Positions 1 to 9,157 of a DNA stretch of 64,000 bases are shown here, one piece after another. Made by a program: the position numbers and the translations under genes. Source of the stretch: an uncultured Bacteroidales bacterium. Lineage in GTDB: Bacteria > Bacteroidota > Bacteroidia > Bacteroidales > UBA932. The notes under the pieces are model-generated. The model saw nothing but the letters and a program-made list of their open reading frames with translations, was not told the origin of the DNA and made no database searches. The stretch covers positions 123,088-187,087 of the forward strand of contig CAKVAS010000005.1 in the NCBI GenBank assembly GCA_934725015.1, given 5' to 3'. The first letter of the stretch is position 1; every line of letters begins with the position of its first letter.

Positions 1-2130
1 CCCGATGACCTCATTGCTCCCGCTGTCAAGGTTGATTCCCTTCACTCCGGCGGCGGTCCTGCCCATAGGCCTTACGTCAGACTCGTCGAACCTCACGCAG
101 CGTCCCTCCTTGCCGGCGATGAAAATCTGGCTGCTGCCGCTTGTGAGGGCAACATCGAGAAGCTCGTCCCCCTCGCGTATGGTGAGGGCGATGACTCCGT
201 TCGCGCGAGGCCGTGAATAGGCTTCGAGCGTGGTCTTCTTGATGATGCCGTTCTTCGTGCATAGAACCACATAATTGCTGTTGATGTACTCCTCGTCCTT
301 GAGGTTGCGGACATTAAGATATGCCTTTATTCTGTCCTCGGCTGAAAGGTTCAGAACGTTCTGGATGGCGCGTCCCTTCGATGAGCGTGAGCCTTCCGGA
401 ACCTCATAGACCTTGAGCCAGAAGCACTTGGCGCTCTCTGTGAAGAGGAGGAGCGTGCTGTGCATATTGGCGACATAGATGTGCTCGATGAAGTCCGCGT
501 CCCTCTTGGCGGCGCCCTTCATGCCCACTCCTCCGCGGGCCTGGGTGCGGTACTCGGTGAGCGGAGTCCTCTTTATATATCCGAGATGCGAGATAGTCAC
601 CACGACATCCTCGTCCGGATAGAAGTCCTCCGGATTGAATTCCTCTGCGGAAAGGGTGATTTCGGTCCTTCTCGCGTCGCCGTATTTCTCCTTCATCAGC
701 ATGGTCTCGTCCTTGACGATTGCCATCTGCATATCGTAGCTTCCGAGAACGTCGATGCAGTATTTGATGAATTTCATGAGTTCGTCATATTCGCTCTGAA
801 GCTTCTCCCTTTCGAGTCCCGTGAGCTGACGCAGACGCATCTCGACGATTGCGGATGCCTGTATGTCAGTGAATTCGAACCTTTCGATGAGCTGGGACTT
901 GGCGTCGTCAACGCTCTTTGACGCACGGATAATAGCGATAATCTGATCTATCACGTCAAGGGCCTTGAGAAGACCTTCAAGGATGTGGGCGCGGGCCTGC
1001 GCCTTCTTGAGGTCGAACTTTGTCCTGCGCACGATGACCTGATGGCGGTGCTCCACGAAATTGCGGATAAGGTCCTTGAGGTTCAGCGTATAAGGGCGGC
1101 CGTTCACGAGCGCGACGTTGTTCACGCTGAAGCTGGACTGGAGCGGAGAGTACTTGAACAGGCTGTTCAGCACAACGCTCGAATTAGCGCCCTGCTTGAG
1201 GCGGATGATAATCCGCACTCCGTGACGGGTGGTCTCGTCGTTCACATAAGATATTCCGTCTATCTTCTTGGTCTCGACAAGTTCGGCGATTTTCTCAATC
1301 ATCTCGCGCTTGTTGACCATATATGGAATCTCGGTGACGACAATGGTCTCACGGCCGCTCTCGCTCACCTCAATTTCAGTCTTTGAACGGATTACAATCC
1401 TGCCCTGGCCGGTCTCGAAGGCATCCTTGATGCCCTGACGGCCCATGATGATGCCGCCTGTCGGGAAGTCCGGTCCCTTGATGAAGTGCATGAGCTCCTC
1501 GACGGTGATGTCGGGGTTGTCGATGTAGGCGCAGATGCCGTCGCAGACCTCGGAGAGGTTGTGCGGAGCCATGTTCGTCGCCATTCCGACGGCGATTCCC
1601 GAAGAGCCGTTCAGCAGGAGCAGAGGCAGTTTGGTCGGCAGCACGGTCGGCTCCTGAAGGGAGTCGTCGAAGTTGTTCTGCATATCGACCGTGTCCTTCT
1701 CAAGGTCGCCGAGAATGTCCTCCGAAATCTTTTCGAGCTTGGCCTCGGTGTAACGCATGGCCGCTACGGGGTCGCCGTCCATGGAGCCGAAGTTACCCTG
1801 CCCATAGACGAGCGGATAGCGCACGCTCCACCACTGCGCGAGACGAGCCATCGCGTCATAGACGCTGGAGTCTCCGTGCGGATGGTACTTACCGAGCACC
1901 TCGCCGACGATTCTGGCGGACTTCTTTGTCTGCCCGGAGTAGGACAGTCCCAGTCCCTCCATGCCGAAGAGCACCCTCCTGTGGACAGGCTTTAGACCGT
2001 CCCTGACATCAGGAAGGGCACGCGAGACAATCACCGACATCGAATAGTCGATGTACGCGCTCCTCATCTGCTGGTCGATGTCCACCTGCTCAATCCGGCC
2101 TGTCGTAATCTTTTCTTCGTTGTTTTCCAT
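1..2130 (-). CDS. gyrA: DNA gyrase subunit A (N-terminus at 2130; 3' end of gene runs off the window start)
   Basis: Absent from the ORF track because it is open to the window edge. My translation of the minus strand from ATG 2130-2128 gives [55 protein letters not shown]...[20 protein letters not shown]...[10 protein letters not shown] (catalytic Tyr region) and a GyrA-box-like [10 protein letters not shown]. No stop down to nt 1. The plus-strand ORFs 460-921, 985-1386 and 1486-1995 are antisense artefacts of this gene. Confidence 0.93.
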   Translation of the reverse strand, partial: MENNEEKITTGRIEQVDIDQQMRSAYIDYSMSVIVSRALPDVRDGLKPVHRRVLFGMEGLGLSYSGQTKKSARIVGEVLGKYHPHGDSSVYDAMARLAQWWSVRYPLVYGQGNFGSMDGDPVAAMRYTEAKLEKISEDILGDLEKDTVDMQNNFDDSLQEPTVLPTKLPLLLLNGSSGIAVGMATNMAPHNLSEVCDGICAYIDNPDITVEELMHFIKGPDFPTGGIIMGRQGIKDAFETGQGRIVIRSKTEIEVSESGRETIVVTEIPYMVNKREMIEKIAELVETKKIDGISYVNDETTRHGVRIIIRLKQGANSSVVLNSLFKYSPLQSSFSVNNVALVNGRPYTLNLKDLIRNFVEHRHQVIVRRTKFDLKKAQARAHILEGLLKALDVIDQIIAIIRASKSVDDAKSQLIERFEFTDIQASAIVEMRLRQLTGLEREKLQSEYDELMKFIKYCIDVLGSYDMQMAIVKDETMLMKEKYGDARRTEITLSAEEFNPEDFYPDEDVVVTISHLGYIKRTPLTEYRTQARGGVGMKGAAKRDADFIEHIYVANMHSTLLLFTESAKCFWLKVYEVPEGSRSSKGRAIQNVLNLSAEDRIKAYLNVRNLKDEEYINSNYVVLCTKNGIIKKTTLEAYSRPRANGVIALTIREGDELLDVALTSGSSQIFIAGKEGRCVRFDESDVRPMGRTAAGVKGINLDSGSNEVIG

Positions 2131-2236
2131 ATTTCAAATCTTCGTTTTTCACTTTTTCGGAGATATATAATATATGTATCGTCCGTTCCGAAATCCGTGT
2201 TCTCCGACATCTGACGCGAAGGCACGGCATAGCTTG

Positions 2237-2244
2237 CAAATATA
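2237..2244 (-). promoter_or_regulatory. candidate Bacteroidetes -7 promoter box (TATATTTG) for gyrA
   Basis: Plus strand reads caaatata, which is TATATTTG on the minus strand. This matches the Bacteroidetes sigma-A -7 consensus TAnnTTTG, about 100 nt upstream of the gyrA ATG. Confidence 0.4.
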
Positions 2245-2256
2245 CGGAGATTTGCG

Positions 2257-2264
2257 TAATTTTG
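2257..2264 (+). promoter_or_regulatory. candidate -7 promoter box (TAATTTTG) for the clpC-like gene
   Basis: TAATTTTG matches TAnnTTTG in the divergent gyrA/clpC intergenic region. It would imply a leader of about 220 nt. Confidence 0.3.
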
Positions 2265-2486
2265 CAAAAATCGGGGCGTAAAAAGGCTCCGGGAAGATTC
2301 AAGAAACATGAAAAGAATAAACTGCTTCAGATTTGTCTTTGATTTTCGAGTATAGATTTCTTTTGGAAGAAGGAGTGTACTGGATGTACACGACTGATGA
2401 GAAAATAAATATGGACCGAAAAGGATGAAAAAGATGAGGCAGGTTATTTTTTGAAGGTTTCTAAATTTGAAAAGGAATACTCTTAT

Positions 2487-4940
2487 ATGAAAATATCTGT
2501 ATCGGACACGCTCAACGCAATCGTGAACTATGCGCGCGAGGAGGCGATGAGGACGGGGAGCTATATGATCGGGGCGGACCACCTCTTCCTGGGGATACTG
2601 CGTCACGAGGAAAATCTCGCTGCCGCGCATCTGAGGTTTCTCGGGATAGACCTGTCCGACCTCAAGGGCTTCATCGACGAGAAGATTTCAGAAAGCAGGC
2701 ACATTCCCTATTCCGACATCGACAGCATCACCTTGTCGCGCAGCGGGGCGAATATCATAAACATCGCCGTTTTCGAGACGACGAAGGCCGGCGGGACGGT
2801 CGTTGGGCCTCAGCACCTGCTGCTTGCGCTGTGCAAGGCCATGTCGGGCTACGGAGCGGAGTATCTGAGGGAGCACGGGCTGACCTACAGCCTGCTGCTG
2901 GACGAGTTCTCGCGGCTCGGGCTGCTGGGCGGCGGGGACGCGGGCGGAGGAAACGGCGCTGAGGCGGGAGCCGGGAACGACGCCGGGACAAGGCGCGGAG
3001 AGGGCTGCGGGATGAGCGGCAGGGGCGGTGCTGAAGCGGGAGCTGAGGCGGGCGTCGGGGCAGGAGCAGGAATGAGTGCTGGAACGGGGGCTGGAATGAG
3101 TGATGGAGAACGCGCCGGGATGGGCGATGAAAGGATGCGGACGGAGGAGCAGAGCCTGCTGGACGAGTTCGGGTATGACCTCACTGCGGCGGCAAGGGAG
3201 CACAGGCTGGATCCTGTCGTCGGGCGGGAGGACGAAATCATGAGGGTGATTCAGATTCTCGGCAGAAGGAAGAAGAACAACGCGATGCTTATAGGAGACC
3301 CGGGCGTGGGCAAGTCGGCGATTGTGGAAGGAATAGCCATACGGATTGCAACGGGGGACACGCCGCCCACCCTTGCCGGAAAGAGGCTGGTTTCGCTCGA
3401 CATAGCCTCGGTTGTTGCCGGAACGCGCTACAGAGGTGACTTCGAGAAGAGGCTCAAGGGCATCATGAACGAGATAGCCGCCAATCCGGACGTGATTCTG
3501 TTCATAGACGAGTTTCATACCATGGTCGGGGCGGGAGGCGGCTCGGGAAGCCTTGACGCGGCGAACATACTCAAGCCTGCCCTCGCGCGCGGAGAGATTC
3601 AGTGCATAGGAGCCACCACGCTCGACGAGTTCCGCAAGATTGTGGAAAAGGACGGGGCGCTTGACAGGCGCTTCCAGAAGATTGTGGTGGAGCCGACGTC
3701 CTCGGCGCAGACGCTGTCGATTCTTGAGCGGATGTGCCCGAGGTATGAGCAGTACCACGGGGTAAGCTACAATGAAGAGGCGCTGGAGGCCTGCGTATCG
3801 ATGTCGGCGAGATATGTGACCGACAGGTGCCTGCCGGACAAGGCCCTGGACATCATGGATGAGGCGGGGTCGATGGTGCGGCTGCGCGGAGGGAAGGCAG
3901 TGGGGAGGGAGGACGTCGCGGAGGTTGTTTCCAAGATGACCGGCATACCGGTGAGCAGCGTGGCACAGTCGGAAAGCCTGAGGCTCATGCGGATGGAGAG
4001 CCGTCTGGAGCAGCGGATAGTCGGGCAGGACGAGGCCGTTGCCGGCGTCGTCCGCGCGATTCGGAGAAATCGCGCCGGGATCAAGGATCCCGCCCGCCCG
4101 ATAGGCACCTTCCTCTTTGTAGGTCCGACGGGAGTGGGCAAGACCCAGCTCGCGAAGTCGATAGCGGAATACCTCTTCGACAGCGAGGACAACATGGTGC
4201 GCATCGACATGAGCGAATACTCCGAAAAGTTCAACGTGTCGAGGCTCATCGGTGCGCCCCCGGGATATGTGGGCTACGAAGAGGGAGGACAGCTCAGCGA
4301 GAAGGTGCGCCGCAAGCCCTACTGCGTCGTGCTTCTTGACGAAATCGAGAAAGCGCACCCGGATGTCTATAGCCTCCTGCTTCAGGTCCTTGACGACGGA
4401 AGACTGACCGACGCCGACGGAAACACCGTAGATTTCCGCAACACCATCCTCATCATGACATCGAACGTCGGCTCCCGCGAGCTTGACGAATACGGCAGCG
4501 GAGTCGGGTTCGCCACGGCCGGCCGCAATGTGGGTGACAACCGCAGAACAGTCCTCAACAAGGCGCTCAAGCGCACCTTCCCGCCGGAGTTCATCAACCG
4601 CATCGACGAGGTGATTTTCTTCGACAGCCTGACTCCGGAAAGCATCGCTAAAATCGTGAACATTGAACTGAAGGCGCTCCAGAGCAGGATTCTCGATGCG
4701 GGCTACAGCCTCGACATCGCTCCGGGCGTGAAAAAGTTCATCGCCGAGGCAGGCTTCGACCCGAGCTACGGGGCACGTCCGCTCAGGAGAGTCATCCAGC
4801 GTTTTGTCGAAGATCCCGTCTCCGAATTCATCATCGGCGACCGCAGCCGCAGAAACAGAAAGGAAACGGTTCGCCTGCACATCGGCCTCTCTCCTGACAA
4901 AAAAGGCACGACAGTAAGCAAGGCAAAGGTAAAGAAATAG
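2487..4940 (+). CDS. clpC: ATP-dependent Clp protease ATP-binding subunit, ClpC/ClpA type (two AAA+ modules)
   Basis: Has N-terminal Clp_N repeats, Walker A motifs GDPGVGKSA and GPTGVGKTQ, and a short inter-AAA linker with no ClpB-length M-domain. A VGF loop (GSGVGFATAG) is present. The ORF opens at 2451; I chose the second ATG at 2487 (MKISVSDTLNAIVNYAREEA) as the start. Confidence 0.85.
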   Translation: MKISVSDTLNAIVNYAREEAMRTGSYMIGADHLFLGILRHEENLAAAHLRFLGIDLSDLKGFIDEKISESRHIPYSDIDSITLSRSGANIINIAVFETTKAGGTVVGPQHLLLALCKAMSGYGAEYLREHGLTYSLLLDEFSRLGLLGGGDAGGGNGAEAGAGNDAGTRRGEGCGMSGRGGAEAGAEAGVGAGAGMSAGTGAGMSDGERAGMGDERMRTEEQSLLDEFGYDLTAAAREHRLDPVVGREDEIMRVIQILGRRKKNNAMLIGDPGVGKSAIVEGIAIRIATGDTPPTLAGKRLVSLDIASVVAGTRYRGDFEKRLKGIMNEIAANPDVILFIDEFHTMVGAGGGSGSLDAANILKPALARGEIQCIGATTLDEFRKIVEKDGALDRRFQKIVVEPTSSAQTLSILERMCPRYEQYHGVSYNEEALEACVSMSARYVTDRCLPDKALDIMDEAGSMVRLRGGKAVGREDVAEVVSKMTGIPVSSVAQSESLRLMRMESRLEQRIVGQDEAVAGVVRAIRRNRAGIKDPARPIGTFLFVGPTGVGKTQLAKSIAEYLFDSEDNMVRIDMSEYSEKFNVSRLIGAPPGYVGYEEGGQLSEKVRRKPYCVVLLDEIEKAHPDVYSLLLQVLDDGRLTDADGNTVDFRNTILIMTSNVGSRELDEYGSGVGFATAGRNVGDNRRTVLNKALKRTFPPEFINRIDEVIFFDSLTPESIAKIVNIELKALQSRILDAGYSLDIAPGVKKFIAEAGFDPSYGARPLRRVIQRFVEDPVSEFIIGDRSRRNRKETVRLHIGLSPDKKGTTVSKAKVKK

Positions 4941-5043
4941 AGACAACTTCCACGAAATCAGGGAACAAGGCACAGATTATGCAATCATGGCCGGCGGTTG
5001 TAACCGGCCTGCATATTCGTCGGGCCTCAAAAATTCAGACAAA

Positions 5044-6000
5044 ATGAGAACAGCATTGAAAACAGCCTTCGCGGGCGTCATCGCGGCGCTTTTGTGCATC
5101 TCCGCCGCCGCACAGTCGCACAAAACGACCTTGCCCACACCGGACGGAACCTATATGTTTGCAGAAAGGGACACCTGCAGGCTCTATATGGACATCTATG
5201 AACCCGCAAAGGCCACGACAAAGTTCGTCACCGGCCGGGAAAAGCCGACGGTCATCTTCATGTTCGGCGGCGGATTCGTGGGAGGCAGCCGCAACGACGC
5301 GGACTTGTCTCCGCTTTTCAATGCCATGCTGCGCGAAGGACTGAGAATTGTCGCAATTGACTACAGGCTCGGTCTCAAGGGGCAGAAAAATGTGGGAATA
5401 GGAAACGTCGATGCAATCGACAATGCAATCCACATCGCCGTGGAAGACCTCTTCAGCGCCACCAACTTCATCATCGACAATTCCGAAGAGCTCGGAATCG
5501 ACACCGGGAACATGGTCATCATGGGTTCATCGGCCGGCGCGATTTCCGTCCTTCAGGCCGAGTACGAGCTGTGCAACGGGAGCAGCTGGGCGAAGGTCCT
5601 CCCGGAAGGCTTCAACTACAGGGGCGTGGTCTCCCTCGCGGGAGCGATACTCAGCCGCAACGGCGCCCTCAAATATGCCAAGGCTCCGTGCCCGATGATT
5701 CTTTTCCACGGGACCGAGGACAAGGTCGTGAACTACAGGCAGACACGCTTTTTCAAACTTGGCTGGTACGGTTCCAACACCATCGCGTCAGTCTGCCGCA
5801 AAAAAGGCTACAACCACTGCATCTACCGCTATGAGGGCGCACGCCACGAAATAGCCGCATCCGGCCTTGAGAACCTCCCCGCCATCATGGAATTTCTGGA
5901 AGTCAACGTCTCCGACAACATCCAGCGCAGCATAGACGCCACCGTCACCGACCCTCGCATCGAGCCATCAACCCTCACCCTCAGCGAGTTATACAATTAA
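5044..6000 (+). CDS. secreted alpha/beta hydrolase (esterase/lipase family)
   Basis: Signal peptide MRTALKTAFAGVIAALLCISAAAQS, oxyanion-hole-type FMFGGGFVGG and nucleophile elbow GSSAGA. The ORF opens at 4987, but the signal peptide begins at the ATG at 5044. Confidence 0.8.
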   Translation: MRTALKTAFAGVIAALLCISAAAQSHKTTLPTPDGTYMFAERDTCRLYMDIYEPAKATTKFVTGREKPTVIFMFGGGFVGGSRNDADLSPLFNAMLREGLRIVAIDYRLGLKGQKNVGIGNVDAIDNAIHIAVEDLFSATNFIIDNSEELGIDTGNMVIMGSSAGAISVLQAEYELCNGSSWAKVLPEGFNYRGVVSLAGAILSRNGALKYAKAPCPMILFHGTEDKVVNYRQTRFFKLGWYGSNTIASVCRKKGYNHCIYRYEGARHEIAASGLENLPAIMEFLEVNVSDNIQRSIDATVTDPRIEPSTLTLSELYN

Positions 6001-6091
6001 GGGACGGCCACCGCGTCAAGGTGCACTATCACAGCACTTTCATTACAAATAAAGTGATGGTCACCGCGAGCAGTGTGATGTCGTGTTGAGT

Positions 6092-6230
6092 ATGGTACCG
6101 TCATCGTTAACATGGTATTGCCATCCGGATATGGTATTGTCATTTCGAACATGGTATTGTCATTTCGAACATGGTATTGTCATTTCGAACATGGTATTGT
6201 CATTTCGAACATAGTATTGTCATTTCGAAC
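6092..6230. repeat. tandem array of a 20-bp unit atggtattgtcatttcgaac (4 perfect copies, 1 near-perfect, 2 degenerate)
   Basis: Perfect copies at 6131-6150, 6151-6170, 6171-6190 and 6191-6210. A one-mismatch copy lies at 6211-6230 and degenerate copies at 6092-6130. Each unit carries tgtcatttcga, the reverse complement of the core of the right-hand array. Confidence 0.95.
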
Positions 6231-6280
6231 GAAGTGAGAAATCTTTAAGCCTACAAAATCGCAAAAAGATTTCTCACTTC
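6231..6280. repeat. perfect 16-bp-stem hairpin (gaagtgagaaatcttt / aaagatttctcacttc) at the centre of the repeat ladder
   Basis: Left arm 6231-6246, loop 6247-6264, right arm 6265-6280. Read directly from the sequence. Confidence 0.95.
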
Positions 6281-6452
6281 ATTTCATTCCGCTCGAAATG
6301 ACAGGCGAAATTTCATTCCGCTCGAAATGACAAGCAAAATTTCATTCCGCTCGAAATGACAAGCAAAATTTCATTCCGATGAAATGACAGGCGAAATTTC
6401 ATTCCGATTGAGATGTCTGATACATCAATTCCGCTCTGAATGACAGGTGATG
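6281..6452. repeat. tandem array of a roughly 29-bp unit atttcattccgctcgaaatgaca(a/g)gc(a/g)aa (3 good copies plus 3 decaying copies)
   Basis: Units at 6281-6309, 6310-6338, 6339-6367, 6368-6395, 6396-6427 and 6428-6452. The core tcgaaatgaca is complementary to the left array core. Confidence 0.9.
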
Positions 6453-6457
6453 TTCAA

Positions 6458-7330
6458 TTATAATTCCGACATCTTCTGAAGAGCCAATTCGACCAGTTTC
6501 CGCACCTGCGCCTTATAGTCAGGATTGCTGCTGCCGATGTGCCGGTTGGCGATGGCGCAGCAGACAGTACCTGCATGATGCCCGAGATGCGCGGCGATTC
6601 CGGCGACTGCGGAGCCCTCCATCTCGAAGTTGGTGACACGGCGGCCGTCGAACTCGAAGCTCTCGAACTTATCGACCATGTCCGGCATCGCGAGCTGCAT
6701 ACGGAGAACACGTCCCTGAGGACCGTAGAACCCGGATGCGGCGATTGTCATTCCCTTAACAGTGCAGTCGCTGAACTTGTCAATGAGCTTCTGGCTCGCC
6801 TTCACGAAATACGGGTCAGGAAGGTGCTTCGCCCAGCCCACGTGCTTCTTGAACGCCTCCTCGATTTCCGGCATGGCAATCTTGTCACGGTCGGCATACC
6901 AGTTGAGAAGACCGTCACATCCGACTGAAATGTGGGAGAAGATGAACGAGCCGAGAGGGATGTCGGGCTGAATCGCGCCGCAGGTCCCGATTCGGAGAAT
7001 GTTGAGCGAGCGCTTCCGTTCCTTGATTTCGCGGGTATCGAAGTCGATGTTTGCAAGGGCGTCAAGCTCGTTCATCACGATGTCGATGTTGTCGCAGCCG
7101 ATTCCGGTAGAGACGATGGTGAAGCGCTTCCCGTTGAATTTGCCGGTGGTCGTCACGAACTCCCGTGAGGCATGGCGGAACTCGATGTCGGTAAGGTACT
7201 CAGCAACCATATCCACACGCCCCGGGTCTCCGACAAGTATCACGTTGTCAGCGAGTTCCTCCGGTCTGAGATGAAGGTGAAAAACGGAGCCGTCCCCGTT
7301 GATTATAAGTTCTGATTCTGCTATACGCAT
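6458..7330 (-). CDS. nucleoside phosphorylase (PNP/UDP family, uridine phosphorylase-like)
   Basis: Motifs GDPGRVDMVAEYL, STGIGCDNIDIVMNEL, ILRIGTCGAI and NFEMEGSAVAGIA are typical of the PNP_UDP_1 fold. Confidence 0.85.
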   Translation of the reverse strand: MRIAESELIINGDGSVFHLHLRPEELADNVILVGDPGRVDMVAEYLTDIEFRHASREFVTTTGKFNGKRFTIVSTGIGCDNIDIVMNELDALANIDFDTREIKERKRSLNILRIGTCGAIQPDIPLGSFIFSHISVGCDGLLNWYADRDKIAMPEIEEAFKKHVGWAKHLPDPYFVKASQKLIDKFSDCTVKGMTIAASGFYGPQGRVLRMQLAMPDMVDKFESFEFDGRRVTNFEMEGSAVAGIAAHLGHHAGTVCCAIANRHIGSSNPDYKAQVRKLVELALQKMSEL

Positions 7331-7416
7331 AACTCGTTGATTTTAATATTAAACAAAAAGGCCTCCGCAAGTTGACATCTCTAACCGAAACGCCCTTGTG
7401 TCGGACACATATATTG

Positions 7417-7424
7417 CAAATATA
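7417..7424 (-). promoter_or_regulatory. candidate -7 box (TATATTTG) for the nucleoside phosphorylase gene
   Basis: Plus strand caaatata equals TATATTTG on the minus strand, about 90 nt upstream of the ATG at 7330. Confidence 0.4.
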
Positions 7425-7486
7425 GTCATTTTTCAACTTTTCGGAATATATTTGCCCGCGGATTTCTCCGAATGGGCAGTTTTTGC

Positions 7487-7494
7487 TATTTTTG
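7487..7494 (+). promoter_or_regulatory. candidate -7 box (TATTTTTG) for the DUF4293-like gene
   Basis: TATTTTTG matches TAnnTTTG about 60 nt upstream of the ATG at 7553. A second match (TATATTTG) lies at 7447-7454. Confidence 0.4.
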
Positions 7495-7552
7495 CATCCG
7501 ATTAAGAAACATATCCAAACAAAAAAAACAAGTTGAACGAAACACAACAATT

Positions 7553-7981
7553 ATGTGGCAAAGGATTCAAACACTATATCTGGCAATCGCCACGGCGCTG
7601 CTGACCTCCATGTTCTTCTGCAAGTTCGCGACCATCCTCGGTCCGGACGGCGCTGAGGTGACGGTGAAGTATTACGAAAAGGTTCCATATTTCTTCCTCC
7701 TGACGGTGACGCTTGCAGGCAACGCCTTCTCCCTGTTCGCCTTCAAGATAAGGATTCCGCAGATGAGGGTCGCGACTCTCTCTGCGATAAACCTTCTCGC
7801 GTTCCAAGTCTGGATAGTAGTAGATGTGGTGCGCGGATGGAATGAAATGGTGTTCTCGGTGACCGCGCTCTTCCCTCTCGTCGCGATGATTCTGGACATT
7901 CTTGCGGCACGCAACATCATGCTTGACGAGGCGATGGTACAGTCCGCATCGCGCCTGCGAGCCTCAAAACGGCGTAAATAA
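7553..7981 (+). CDS. small polytopic membrane protein (DUF4293-like)
   Basis: MWQRIQTLYLAIATALLTSMFF... with four hydrophobic segments. The family name is from memory of Bacteroidetes DUF4293 N-termini and is not verified. The ORF opens at 7472; I placed the start at 7553. Confidence 0.65.
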   Translation: MWQRIQTLYLAIATALLTSMFFCKFATILGPDGAEVTVKYYEKVPYFFLLTVTLAGNAFSLFAFKIRIPQMRVATLSAINLLAFQVWIVVDVVRGWNEMVFSVTALFPLVAMILDILAARNIMLDEAMVQSASRLRASKRRK

Positions 7982-7982
7982 G

Positions 7983-8075
7983 AGGCGGATTGCCGCGTTA
8001 CCCGTCTTGATGAAATCCTCACAACCATCAGGTTGCTGCGGTTTCATCCGCACCGGGTGCCTTGCACTCCATCCT
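7983..8075. repeat. dispersed palindromic intergenic repeat, copy A (core aatcctcacaaccatcaggttgctgcgg at 8014-8041)
   Basis: The core recurs at 10449-10476 and 20909-20937, and inverted at 24657-24684 and 24781-24808. Flanking gatgaaa/tttcatc arms extend the hairpin. Confidence 0.85.
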
Positions 8076-8122
8076 CTCCTTTACGCCTACTCCAAGTTGT
8101 TTATTCAGAAACATTAAAAGAA

Positions 8123-8158
8123 TGACCTGCTTCAGAGATGAGGCAGGTCAGTTTTTTC
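8123..8158. terminator. rho-independent, probably bidirectional terminator between convergent genes
   Basis: tgacctgcttca-gaga-tgaggcaggtca forms an 11-12 bp stem with one mismatch, followed by gttttttc on the plus strand. A T-rich run also follows on the minus strand. Confidence 0.75.
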
Positions 8159-8165
8159 AGGTTTC

Positions 8166-9020
8166 TTAAGAAAACCTCGCCAGCACCGCCTTCTCGTAGG
8201 TCTTGGTGACCGGAATCGGCGGAATCTGGCCGCAGTCGAGCTCAAGGACGAAGGCGTCGCCCTCCTTGCGCAGCACGCGGACGTGTTCGGTGTTCACGAC
8301 ATACTTGCGGTGACAGCGGACGAGAGTGCTGTCCTTGAATGTCTCCTCGACGGTCTTGAGGCGGCAGCGCAGCATATACTGCTTCATGTCCCCGTTTCCG
8401 TCGTCATACCACACCTTTATATAATTGTCGTCGGACTCGATGAAGTAGAGATTGCTGCGGCGCACGGAAAAGCGCAGCGTCCCTCCGATGTCGAAAAGGG
8501 TGATTTTCTGTTCATCGGTCTCCGGTTCGGGCTCGTCGGTCACGACATTGCTGTAGTTCATCAGGCGTATGATTTTTTCCTTCTCGACGAGCGCGAAATA
8601 CAGACACGAGATTATGTACGGCACCGCCAGGGATATGAACCCGTAGAGCATGGCCTTGAGAAACACCTCATAAACGGTCATCTCCTCCGGAACCTCGGAA
8701 ATCAGCACCGTCAGACCCGTGTATATACCGCAGATGACGACGATTTCAGCGAAGCACCAGAGCACATAGTGCCATATCTTCATTTCAAAGAGATATTTCG
8801 TCCTGTACATCACTACCCTGCTGACAATCAGGACAATGACACTGATGAAGAAGAACAGGAGAGTGTAGAGGAAACGGGAGGAATAGCCGAGTTCGAACCA
8901 CGCGGTCTTTGAAAAAGGAACATACAGATTCATGAAAACCATGCCGAAGAGCACGGAAAACGTCACCTGTCCCACAAGCTGGAACTTGTCCAGCAGATAG
9001 CGCGGAAGCCTTTTGTTCAT
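8166..9020 (-). CDS. membrane-anchored LytTR-domain DNA-binding protein
   Basis: N-terminal hydrophobic helices plus a C-terminal LytTR-like region: RSNLYFIESDDNYIKVWYDDG...MLRCRLKTVEE...LVRCHRKYVVNTEHV. Confidence 0.8.
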   Translation of the reverse strand: MNKRLPRYLLDKFQLVGQVTFSVLFGMVFMNLYVPFSKTAWFELGYSSRFLYTLLFFFISVIVLIVSRVVMYRTKYLFEMKIWHYVLWCFAEIVVICGIYTGLTVLISEVPEEMTVYEVFLKAMLYGFISLAVPYIISCLYFALVEKEKIIRLMNYSNVVTDEPEPETDEQKITLFDIGGTLRFSVRRSNLYFIESDDNYIKVWYDDGNGDMKQYMLRCRLKTVEETFKDSTLVRCHRKYVVNTEHVRVLRKEGDAFVLELDCGQIPPIPVTKTYEKAVLARFS

Positions 9021-9060
9021 ATCTCAAATTTTCTTACGGTCCAGTAATCGACAGACGCTG

Positions 9061-9068
9061 CAAAAATA
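9061..9068 (-). promoter_or_regulatory. candidate -7 box (TATTTTTG) for the LytTR gene
   Basis: Plus strand caaaaata equals TATTTTTG on the minus strand, about 40 nt upstream of the ATG at 9020. Confidence 0.4.
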
Positions 9069-9117
9069 TTAAATTTGAACCAATTTGGCAAATTTGGGCA
9101 CCAAGAAAAATTTTGAG

Positions 9118-9125
9118 TATATTTG
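9118..9125 (+). promoter_or_regulatory. candidate -7 box (TATATTTG) for fabF
   Basis: TATATTTG lies 33 nt upstream of the ATG at 9158, with a TTTG at 9093-9096 at roughly -33 spacing. Confidence 0.5.
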
Positions 9126-9157
9126 CCGTCCGGAAACGAGAAAAATATTAAACATAT

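Noticed and set aside
2064-2630. 188-aa minus-strand ORF spanning the gyrA start and the gyrA/clpC intergenic region
   Set aside because: It is out of frame with gyrA and overlaps both the gyrA 5' end and the clpC 5' end. The composition is odd and it covers the promoter region. Spurious.
2688-4973. 761-aa ORF antisense to clpC. Similar long antisense ORFs lie at 12703-13860, 23284-24003, 27176-27793, 38095-39663, 46318-47100, 49884-50615 and 58694-59518.
   Set aside because: Each lies opposite a gene with unmistakable family motifs. They are Arg/Pro/Ala/Gly-rich, as expected for stop-poor antisense frames in GC-rich coding DNA. No recognisable domains.
6092-6452. Possible CRISPR array, given regularly spaced short repeats
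   Set aside because: The units are directly abutting tandem repeats of 20 bp and 29 bp with no unique spacers between them. No cas genes are nearby, and the two arrays are complementary arms of a palindrome.
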